Shown here: positions 1 to 9,680 of the stretch, piece by piece
How the letters are laid out: every line of letters starts with the position of its first letter
Position numbering within the stretch: position 1 is the stretch's first letter
Origin: Macrostomum lignano
Taxonomy: Eukaryota
Reading direction: 5' to 3'
Length of the DNA stretch: 52,324 bases
NCBI GenBank assembly: GCA_002269645.1
Contig: NIVC01004268.1
Coordinates: 1-52,324, forward strand
Position numbers and translations under genes: made by a program
Notes under the pieces: model-generated
Told to the model about the DNA's origin: nothing
The model's database searches: none
What the model saw: the letters and a program-made list of their open reading frames with translations, nothing else

Positions 1-624
1 AAAAAATATTGCATAGAAATATGCTATTATACGAGCCTCGTACGTATACCGGAGCAAGATTTCTGTTTATTCGGACTGTGGCAATCTACTGTTAATTTAT
101 ATACATTTTCTGACTTTTATCAACGCGTTTTGTCTAAATTGTTAAAAATAAATAAATAAACAAATAAATCGTAACTAAATTTTAAGAGCCTGACGATATG
201 CCTGACGCGAGCGCGAAACATGTCGCATAGCAAAAAATGATAGCGCTCACGTTCTTAATTTTGCTTTTCATCAGACGCGCTACCACAGTTCTGTTCATCC
301 ATTTTCAGAACTGAATGTGCTGCTTAAGTTCACATCCACGCAGCTACATTTTTTGTACCTAGCGACAGCGTCAAATTCTCGCAGCAGTAAGACTCACTGA
401 CGCAGTTGTTTCTAACAACAAGCTGTCGTTTCTGCAATGTGCTTTCAGAAATATATTTTAATTGAACTTGGAACAAGAGCTATCCATGGGCGTTCGCATG
501 CATTACATGGGCGGTTCGGGATATTCAGCAGAACTCTAATAGGTCGATCAATAAATATTCTAAGAAATGGCTTATATCAGATAAAGGAATAAAAGTATCG
601 ATTTCACAACTTTTCGGCCGCGGA

Positions 625-857
625 TAGAATGCATTGCTAATCTATCTGACAGGTGAGGGAGTAGAATGCATTGCTAATCTATCTGACAGGTGAGGGAGTA
701 GAATGCATTGCTAATCTATCTGACAGGTGAGGGAGTAGAATGCATTGCTAATCTATCTGACAGGTGAGGGAGTAGAATGCATTGCTAATCTATCTGACAG
801 GTGAGGAGTAGAATGCATTGCTAATCTATCTGACAGGTGAGGGAGTAGAATGCATTA
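625..857. repeat. 37-bp tandem repeat, ~6 copies
   Basis: Unit TAGAATGCATTGCTAATCTATCTGACAGGTGAGGGAG at 625, 662, 699 and onward. Confidence 0.95.
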
Positions 858-1119
858 GGGAGTCAGAAATGACAGAAATTTCTCTAACTTATTCCTCGTG
901 ATAATTAAAACGTAGCTAAGAACATGATAGAAAGAGGACGCCAATTGCAGCAGTAGTGATCGAAATTCGATCATGATCTAGTTAAAGCTACGGTGGTGCA
1001 ACTACAGATACATTTAATATATGTACGCTCATACATGAAGATCTAGCTAATATTCTCGCACGTTGCACAAGTATTAATGTAGTCCAGTCCTGCTGGTATA
1101 ATGTATCAACAAACACATC

Positions 1120-3330
1120 TGATGTAACCGCCCTTGTCGCCCGTCCGCTCCGTAGAGAGACGAACGCATGACTAGAGGGGGCAATGACCGTAGGCTGCCT
1201 ATGACCGGGCAATGACCTGACGGACCTCCAGCACCAGACTGTCCCGCCCACATGATTAGTAGCTTTGGTAGCGCTTCGTGACCAGAGGGCCAAGGACCCA
1301 CATGGACCCCACCTGTAGCCAAGGTGCAATAGTTGGTCACTCGGTCATAGTATGACCGAGTGGCTGCCACCACTCTATGTGACCTGGCGCACCTGGATCT
1401 TTCTACCAGACCTCTCGAGGCTAGAGCCCCGCCTGGATTGGTTACCAGGGGATTTAGGCTAACAGGGGAGACGCATGCAGCCGAGTACAGGGACTCTGCT
1501 TGGGGCATGATCGGGAACTCTGGGCTCAATCCTGGAGGATTTCTCAGCAGGGGATCCTTTGTGGCTGTGAGCGAGGCTGACTTGCGACTTTGATTACTAA
1601 GAGTAGTATGAGGCGAACATGTACTGTCTACAGTTTAGATTGCTCAGGGCGAAGGGACGCGTTAGCATGGGGTTGCAACCTTCCTACTGCCATTCTGTGC
1701 CAAGACTCGCTAATCCCTCTACTGCACGCACACGCGGCCCGCAGCACGCACTCACAGGCGGGCTTTGCACGGGGAGAGGCCATTAGCTTACCCAAACTTC
1801 CTTATGCTTTGCCACCCCGGGAGAAAGGCTTAGCAAGCCATGAGTGAAATGATGGTGAAAGATTGAATAATGATGAAGTTAGTTAATAGTTAATAATTAG
1901 GCCCTTAGGCAAATAAGCAGGCAATTAGGCGGCTTCACTATTGAGTAAAATACAGCAAAAGATACGGTATCACAATTGGCTCAGCTCTCTAATCAGACAA
2001 TGGAAAATAGGCAAACCCCGGATAAGCAAAGGCAATTAGAGCACAAATTAGTAGCAGGAACTTACCGGCAGCTGCACAGAGAGAGAGAGAGGCGGAGTGA
2101 CCGAGGGCGGCTGTAGGCTGCAGTCAGGCAGACGGTGAAGCGGCGATGCGCTGGAGCGACGAGGCGCTGATGTAGATCAGGCGATGCTGATGATGCGGGC
2201 GGTATCAGACCGCTGGCCGATAGGCGAGCTCACTTGGGGAGCTAAGGATAACTTGGCGGTAACAGACCGCGGCCGGCAGGGATTCGTCTTATAGACGAAT
2301 GGGTCAGAACTCAATCTGACAGCAAGTCCAAAGAAGGACGAGGAGAGGAACAGAGATAAACTCAGTTGAGTATTCTCATGCCGAAATCGCTTCCTTTTAT
2401 AGACCTCACAGCCGCCTCCTCAAGGTCGTTACCATGGCTCCCTCTCTCTGATTGGCTGCCGGCAGAATGACGTCAGAATGAGTCATGATGAGAAGCATGA
2501 GACCGGCATAGCAACATGAGAAATCGGGAAATTGCGCAATCCGGAGGTGGGGTGGGGGGATAATTGGCGCAGCGGGTGGTCGCGAAAGTGTTGCGCAAGC
2601 AAACATTGAGAACAATAGGGCTGGGGTCGAGAACAAAGGAATTGGAAATCGGGGATAATTGGGGAAAACTGAGAACAATGGAAAAGTAAACATTGGAGAA
2701 AAGGTGATAATTAGGTGCGAAAACGAGAACAAAAGAAAGAGAAAATCGGAGAAAATGTGATAATTGGTGGGGTCGAGAGAACAAAAGAAGCAAAAACGAG
2801 AACAATAGAAGCGGAGGTGGGGTGGGTGTCACATGAGAAATTTGGGAAGGAGAACAATAGCGTGAGAAAAGGTTGCGCAAGAGAGGGGGATGAGTCATCG
2901 ATGAGTCACCGAGGGGAGAAGGGGTCACACGACTTGCGTCACCGTTTGGGAGTTTGAGAGGGGATGGGGAGACGGTGAGCACACAAAGTACTGTAAGTAG
3001 ACACAGGGAAAGAGGGGACAGCGCAGGAAAAGAGTGCAGAGGGAGACAAAAAAAGGAGGAGGTAGAGAAAGTACAGGAAGAATAGGGCGGGAACAGAAGA
3101 GATAGGGTAGAGGGGGAGGTACAGAAAGGGGTAGGGGCTCCGGAAAGGCAGGTGTGGCGGCAGGAGAGACGGGACCAAGGCAGCAGGAGGGTGCAGCAGA
3201 GCGGGAGTCTCCAGGCCCGGTCGGAGACCTGGCCGAGTCTCGACAGCTCTGTGCAGAGGGTGCACGGGATAGGAGGCACTTTCGAAAAAGTTCCCATGCC
3301 CTATCCCGCGACCAGAGCGTGGTTACATCA
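1120..3330 (-). repeat. 3' LTR (2211 bp)
   Basis: Near-identical to 12033-14244; 10-bp terminal inverted repeats. Confidence 0.95.
2393..2908 (-). promoter_or_regulatory. LTR U3 promoter/enhancer (second copy in the 5' LTR, TATA at 13306-13314)
   Basis: TATAAAAGG 2401-2393; CCAAT 2455-2451; CRE TGACGTCA 2468-2475; AP-1 TGAGTCA at 2479, 2891, 2902; C/EBP ATTGCGCAAT 2531-2540 plus TTGCGCAA at 2591 and 2873; about 7 GAGAACAA(T/A) SOX-like motifs. Confidence 0.7.
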
Positions 3331-3340
3331 CACCCCCACT
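3331..3340 (-). other. Putative polypurine tract
   Basis: AGTGGGGGTG immediately before the 3' LTR; short and imperfect. Confidence 0.5.
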
Positions 3341-3934
3341 GCCTTTTGTGACGGAACTGGTTCCGTCATCATCACTGCCCAACATGGAACCACACAGACG
3401 GGAGCGGGATCTCAACCGAACGTGAAATCACAGAATTAACAAACCGCGAGCGGGAATGGAAAAAGGCGATAAAATAGAGGGGATAGCAATAAATTCACAA
3501 AACGAGATACATAGGTTGGAGTGCAATACAGAATTTCAAAAATTTCAACTGTTGCTGTGGCTAAAGTGGGAGGGGGGAAACACAGACAGCGCAATAGTAG
3601 GGAGAAAAATAGCGAATTGTCAACAATAAATTATCATAATTGGATAGAAGCGCAGCTGGGAAAGAGAGGAAACGGGGAAGGGTGAGGGAAGTGGGGAAAA
3701 AGAAGGGGGAAGGGTTGCTAGCACACAGCCAAGGGCAGAGCCTCGGGGAGAATGACGATTACACAGGGGAAAAATACTAATGCAGCGCAGTAAATTAATA
3801 AGCTAATTTCGCCGGGAGTTCAACCGCACGGAGGCCTAGCGTCCTTGAAGGCTCGGACCCCGCTTCAGCCAGTCAGAGGGCTTCGGGGCGATCGGTTGTA
3901 GGCTGGGAGGCGCCGCGCCGTGCGCTGGCCACTG

Positions 3935-4047
3935 TATAAAAGGCGCCACTGATAACGGGAGCCGGCTGCCTGCAACCTACACGGAGTCGCAGTTTCCAAC
4001 CAAGGCACTCAGCGCGATTTTCCAAACTATACAACTACTCGGTAAGT
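3935..4047 (+). promoter_or_regulatory. Internal antisense promoter and non-coding exon 1
   Basis: TATAAAAGG 3935-3943 after a GC-rich stretch; donor G|GTAAGT at 4041/4042; no ATG in the exon. Confidence 0.5.
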
Positions 4048-4389
4048 CCCATCACCAACCTGATTTCCTTTCGCCTATACGTTAAACGAAATCTACCCAC
4101 TCGCCATGCCTTTCGTTTTAAACTGAGCCAATTGCAGTAATAATATATGGCCTTTCTTACGGTAAAAGTAGTGAGCAGCCAACACAGAGCCATTTTTAGG
4201 AATTTTTAGAATAATGACACAACAATGACTCGTATATTGGTTATTAAAGTTTAAAAATGAATATTATGGAAGAACCGAATATTAATAGGATAATTTCACA
4301 CACACACACACGACAAACACACAACGCAAGGGGGCGGAAAGGCGGGTCGGACCGGCCGGCGGACGTCGCTCAGCAGGCAGTCAGCATCC

Positions 4390-5738
4390 TTACTCGAAAT
4401 GGGCCTCTTGATTTAGCTGGTACGGGCCATATGCCGCCACCTGAGCCATGGCACTTGCCCATGCTTCCACATAACGTTGGGCTGCCGCGGCCGTGAGCAC
4501 CACTCGGTGCCATCGGCTAGGCAAGATGTCGTTGCGCAGCACGCCCCTCAACTGCGGCAGAGTCGGGATGCCCAGGGCTTGGCATTGGACGACGAAGGCC
4601 GCATTCCGTACTTGTTGCAGCCGTGTCAGAGTTGGTGCAGACAGGGGCGGCTGCGCGATTGCAAAATGCTGCAAAGTGCCACGGGGCACCTCGGCCAGGC
4701 CCGCGTAGCCGGGCTCAACGTCGCCCAGGGCCGCCAACACCCACCCACAGCGGCGATTGAACCGTTGCGAGAGAGTGGCGGCCCAGGCCACTGTGGCAAA
4801 CGGCGCATAGAGGAGGGGCGCAGAGGCCGGCGCGGAGGCCGCAAGAATGCCGTCGTGGATGACGAGAGCCTCTTCCCATTCGGCGCCCTCGCTCAGGAAG
4901 CCCCAGAGCAGCCCTGGCAGGTCCGCAGGAAGCATGCCCCAGCGGCTGGCCAAGCTGGCCAGGCCAATCAATAGCCGGGCTCTCTGGGTTGGTGTCAGTT
5001 GTCTAGTCATCTGAGAGGAGGCTGCGCAGCTGATGATCACCTTCTTGTAGACCGGCCGATCGCAGGTGCTGAAGATTGCTGTGATGGGGGCACAGGACGG
5101 CGGCCGGGCTGTCAGGTGTGATGGTTCCTCATCCACAACCTTGCGGAGGAACTTGGCGGCCTGCCGGACTAGGTCGCCGAGGGCGTATTTGTAGGCGCTC
5201 TGGGCCGCTGCCTCGATGTACATTAACAGCGTATTGTCAACCAATCCCAGCAGGGCCGCTTTTGACAGGATGAGCAGACAGGGCCGGTCCAGGTTGTCGC
5301 GAAGTTGGCGCTCTAGAGTCGCATGCCTGTCCTCGGCCTGGAGTGGGCCATGATAGGACTCAGGCCCGACCCAGTGCACCAGATCCATAGCTGTCGCCGA
5401 AGGTTCGCCAGCCACCTGACCCCAATCGACTTCTTCTCTTTGCAGGGCGATGTCCACACTTCGGCGGCTGTTGGGCAGAACATCACGCAGGCGGCGGGCC
5501 GCCTCGCCGAATTCGGCCGCCAGTCCGAAATGTCCGCGGTGTCGCCCCCAGCATTGGCCGGGTCGATTGTCTCGTCACCTTCTTCGACCCTGGCGGAGGC
5601 CGCCGCTGGCGGCTCGGGGCCGTCCTCCGCCTCTTGGATGGCGTCACGGGGCCGCTTTCGGCTAACTGGGCTGGCAGGACGCTCAGACGGTAAGCTGGAG
5701 CATAGCTGAATTCGATTGATGGTAGGCTTCGTGTCCAT
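4390..5738 (-). CDS. Accessory ORF3 of the LTR element, unknown function (~449 aa if one base is restored at AAA 5528-5530)
   Basis: 355-aa open frame 4390-5457 joins the ATG at 5738 (GACATGG context) via +1 nt in a homopolymer, reading ...DTADIFGLAAEFGEAARRLRDVLP...; RKRPR motif; no domain recognised. Confidence 0.65.
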
Positions 5739-7147
5739 GTCAAGCTGGATAGTTCATAGAATGCTTCAGCGATTGAAGGACAGAATGATTTCTCTGATTG
5801 ATGATTTCCAGCTCTGGCAGGCGTGGGTCTTCTTATAGTGCCGGGGCTGGCTTCCCATTGGTTGAGCACATTGGGAGGCACACCTGCTGCGGCCGGGGTC
5901 GCCGTTGGCTTGGGACCGCTCGCTCTAGTCTCCGTGCGCTCTGATTGGCTGGTTCCGCCGCTTCCTGTTTCCTCACCTGTGAGAAGGGGCAGACCCGAGA
6001 CCACCTCCGGTCGCGCCCGCGGCAGATCCGTACTCCAGCCGACAGAGATCGCACTCCCACCTCACATGCACACATTCAGATCAGGCACACAAATTAATTT
6101 GGTTAATATGAATAGAAGAGGGATTTGGGAGATTAGACTCCGGAGGATAAATGATGATGCGGCCCAACTCCCTTCGATTTCTTCCTTCAACGCCACGCGC
6201 ACGCAGTTCTCATCCATGCCTCCGAGACCCTCATAAACTTAACAGCCGAAAGAATTCGAAAGAGGAATTAATCATTAATTTGACTGCCACCAGTTTGATG
6301 TACTATTATAAAAGAGAAAGGGGAACCTACCACCATCTTGGCGCATTACCAAAGAAAAGAAAAGGAGGATCAGCCACCATTTTGAGAGAGGTTGCTAGGG
6401 AAAACTGCCACCAATTGTACATTAACAGGGAAGAGAAAGAGGGAACCCGTCACCAATTAGAGTGGATTGCCCGGGGAAACTGCCACTATTTGCCCTTCTA
6501 CCAGAGGAGAGGAAGACGAAAAACTGCCATCCTTAGAGGTGTATCATTAAAAGAAGGCGGGGAAGAAGGCTACCACTACTTGATCACCTAGAGCTCAAGG
6601 GAAGGAGAGGGAATGAAGAAAGGAAGAAACCCCCAGGAAGGCCACTACCACACGCCATAAAGTTAAAATCCCCATCTATCTACATCCTAATACCCGGCTA
6701 GTTCCCTACTTCTATTTCATCCCTTAAATCTCATTTTCAGGATTCCGGCCGCTAGTAGCCGAGCCCATCCTTGAAGAGGAGTCCGACTACGAAGCGCCCG
6801 AAGACAGCCATTCAGAGCCGGACGCCCCCTCTGATTCTGGGCCGGCTGCGCCATCTGGTGACATAGGCGCCGCGGCTCCCGGGCCATGCGACCGCCGGGC
6901 CGCCAGCGAACCAGCGTCCGGGGCCGGTTGGCATCCGGTACCACCGCCGTTGTCAGCCCGAGCGCACGCTCCGCCGCCGGTCGCCGCGGTGACGCCCGTG
7001 GCTGCCGCTCCACAGCCCTTGCCAACCCCTGTGGTGGAGACCGACGGCTCCTGGCATTTGGTCGTGCTGTCGACGGCCCTAATAGCCGGTCTCACAATGC
7101 ACTGGCTACTGCTCTTGGAGCTATTTCTGCGGCTTCCCAACTGCTGA
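5450..7147 (+). CDS. Predicted spliced antisense gene (exons 5446-5689 and 6741-~7150), 188-215 aa, C-terminal hydrophobic anchor
   Basis: Acceptor TTCTTCTCTTTGCAG|5446; donor G|GTAAGC 5689/5690 (phase 1); acceptor TCATTTTCAG|6741 in matching phase; frame open to TGA 7145-7147; the unspliced frame is closed at 6725 with no ATG before the exon. Confidence 0.55.
6284..6655 (-). repeat. Array of ~9 degenerate PBS/LTR-junction mimics
   Basis: CT(G/A)CCAC(C/T)A motifs at 6284, 6327, 6371, 6405, 6447, 6480, 6524, 6570, 6645; 6284-6302 matches 12021-12039 at 18/19 nt. Confidence 0.75.
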
Positions 7148-7733
7148 TGCTGGTGGTTCTTAATGCTTACTTACTAATTCTGAACTATCTGTCCCCATAA
7201 CTTGACTTTAATTACTTACCTGACTTTACATTGACTAAACCACTGGCCTACTCTAAACTAATTGCTGCCCCATTTGCCTGATAAACTTAATTACATTGAA
7301 TGCCCCCCCTATTGCCTCATCGAAACCAATTAAAAGTTTCCCAAAATCGGACTTTCACAAAGTGTGAACAAACACACGAAATCAGACCTAAAGGTGCTAA
7401 TTTCCTACGGTCCCAGACTTCCATTGTTCCCAGAAAATCTTAAACAGCGGGGCAGGACCTCCTGTGGAGCAGACCCATAGAAATTTTACTAGTTTCCAAG
7501 TTAATATTTACTGATAGGGAATTAACGCATACTGTACGGGCCTAATTTTCGAGCTAAAATCTTAGATATTTAAACAACACCAACGAGCACGAGGTCACAA
7601 CATAAATTCGAGTAATAGAGGGCATACGTAAATACGCGAAAAGCGGTCTCCAACGGGGCAACACGAGCAAAATTTCGACACGCGAATCGGGGGGGGGAAT
7701 TAAGCAATCACTGGCTAGCTACCGATCTGTTAC

Positions 7734-8258
7734 TCAGCGGGGGTCGAATGGGAGACTCACACCTAGCAAGTAAACCTTTTCTGTTCGATAGTCTATGATA
7801 GCATGCGTACTGGCTAGAAAAGCACTACCCAGGAGGGAAACTGCTGCTGAATTGCCAACGACCAGAAAGAGGATTCTCACCTCTTCTAGCCCAATAACTG
7901 CTGTGAGGGTGGCCTGGCCTAGCATCTCTAATTCATTGCCCGTGTAGGACACGGCCTTCACACATGGGGGCTCCAGGGCCTCCACACTCTGTCCGGTAAT
8001 TTTAGTAAAGTCTTTGACTGTTAGCAAAGACAGCGCACTGCCCCCATCTACCAGGAGGCGGGTGGGAACATTCTCAATTGGCAACTCTACAACAATATCT
8101 CTCCCGCGTTGTCCTCTAGCTGGTCTTGGCTGATAGAAATCGGGTACCTTCTCAAATCTAAACTTCTTGCTGGGCGGACGTGGCAGGTTAAGCTGGGCCC
8201 TAGAGAGGGAACGGGGCTGAGTTCGGGCCGGGCCATTCAGCCCTCCCACGGGTTTCCC
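7734..8258 (-). CDS. pro: Retropepsin-like aspartic protease, -1 frame relative to gag, followed by a stop
   Basis: LLVDGGSALSLL active-site-like motif and C-terminal SLLGSAFL; overlaps the gag end. Confidence 0.85.
   Translation of the reverse strand, partial: GKPVGGLNGPARTQPRSLSRAQLNLPRPPSKKFRFEKVPDFYQPRPARGQRGRDIVVELPIENVPTRLLVDGGSALSLLTVKDFTKITGQSVEALEPPCVKAVSYTGNELEMLGQATLTAVIGLEEVRILFLVVGNSAAVSLLGSAFLASTHAIIDYRTEKVYLLGVSLPFDPR
8190..8258 (-). promoter_or_regulatory. -1 ribosomal frameshift signal
   Basis: G GGA AAC (8258-8252) in the gag frame; 8-nt spacer; stem GGGCTGA/TCAGCCC; loop GGCCC can pair with downstream GGGCC. Confidence 0.75.
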
Positions 8259-9680
8259 GAACCCGGGGGCTCTTCAGGCGTGGAAGGAGGAGGCATCAGA
8301 GCTTGCGCGCGCAGCTGGGCGAGCCTCTCCTGCCTCTCCCTGGTAGCCTCGTCTAACATATCTCTGCCCCACTCCTCTAAATCTTGCCTATGGCGATCAG
8401 GTGGCGCACGAAGCTGCAATTGCTGCTGCTGCACACCCGGCGCCGGCGGCGTGGGCGCCTCCTGAATTGCAAGCGGCGGGGGCTGGGGTTGGCGCCAGTT
8501 CCTACTGCTATTAGAGCCGCCCTGCCCCTGCCTCCAGTTCCTGTTGGGAGTGGCGGGGCGAGGGGGCCTCATCTGCTGGGGCAGCTGGGCAACAGACTCT
8601 GCTGTCGCCTTCATAGTTTCATTGAGCTGCACCAGCTGGTTGCGCAGATCCTTTTGCGTTTGCTCTAGCGCGCCCAACCTCTCTTGCATCTCTGATAGGC
8701 CGTCACCGTCCTCCTCCGTCTCGTCAGCTTCCTGGTTCACCATCCTGACCCACTTGCGAGGGGGCCTGGGTGGCTGCTGAGGTTGCAGACGGACTTCGGT
8801 GCGGGACTCAGACCTGGGCGGGCCACTACTGTCCCATTTCCCGGCTAAGTCTGCGGCTTCTAACAGGGCTTGCTGCTGTTCTAACACCTGCTCAATTGTC
8901 TGCCAGCGACGGCTCAACAGATCTTGTCTGACCTGGCGGGGGAGCTTAGCGTGTTCCAAGTAGGTGTACACGATTTCTTGTTCTCTCTGCTCACCCTGAA
9001 TCTGAGGAAACATGGCCGTTATCTGAGATCTTATCATAGCAGCAAAAGCACTATGTGATTGGCCGGGTTTCTGGCTCAGATTCTTCAGCTTATTTCTCTT
9101 AGCCAGATCAGTGTTGGCCTCGCCCAACTGCTCTCCTAATCTAGATACGAACTGCTCAAAGGGCAATTGCCCGTCCAATCCTAAGGCTAAGTTCTGAAAT
9201 TCACCTGGGAGGTGCGAGATGAGCACCTGCTTCCTAGCCTGATCTCCTACAGTTCTCTCCGCGTCCAGCTTGTAGATCATTCTCTCTACCCATTGCACAA
9301 AACAGTGTTCGCCGGGAGAGAACTTTCTACGTAGATTTTCGGCCTCTGGGCGTCTTGGCCCATGTTTAGCTGGTTAAACGCATTGGCTATAGCGGCAACT
9401 AAGTCTCCTAGCTGCGGGACTGCCTGAGGAGGATTCTGGGCTGCGTCCGGGGGAGCAGCGGCGGCTGCTGCGCACCCTGATTGGGAGCGGGAGCTGCTAC
9501 TCCTTCATCTGGTTCCTCAACTACTACTGCTTCTGGAGGCTGAGGGACCTGGTTACCAGCGGCTGCGGCCATTGCGGCTGCGGGGGCGGCAACTGCTGGG
9601 GTGTCAGCGGCCGAGGGTGGTTGACCAGGGGCGTCTGCGCACACAGCTTCTACGACCCTATCTCCACGCGCCCGTGACAT
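8237..9680 (-). CDS. gag: Gag (Ty3/Gypsy capsid-like, no zinc knuckle), with two single-base frameshifts
   Basis: ATG 9680 after a pyrimidine tract/AG acceptor (9696); capsid-like segment KFSPGEHCFVQWVERM...LKNLSQKPGQSHSAFAAMIR; shifts between 9408-9505 and at TTTT 9336-9339. Confidence 0.8.

Noticed and set aside
2180-2230. Hammerhead ribozyme (CTGATGA) in the LTR
   Set aside because: No downstream GAAA core or closing helices
988-3351. ORFs within the LTRs (for example 1074-1529, 2473-3297 and their copies at 12-14 kb)
   Set aside because: Low-complexity or GC-driven frames with no motifs; several are broken differently in the two LTRs
6000-6060. WECDLCRLEY, a possible zinc-finger start upstream of ORF3
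   Set aside because: No His/Cys pair at the expected spacing, and the frame stops soon after
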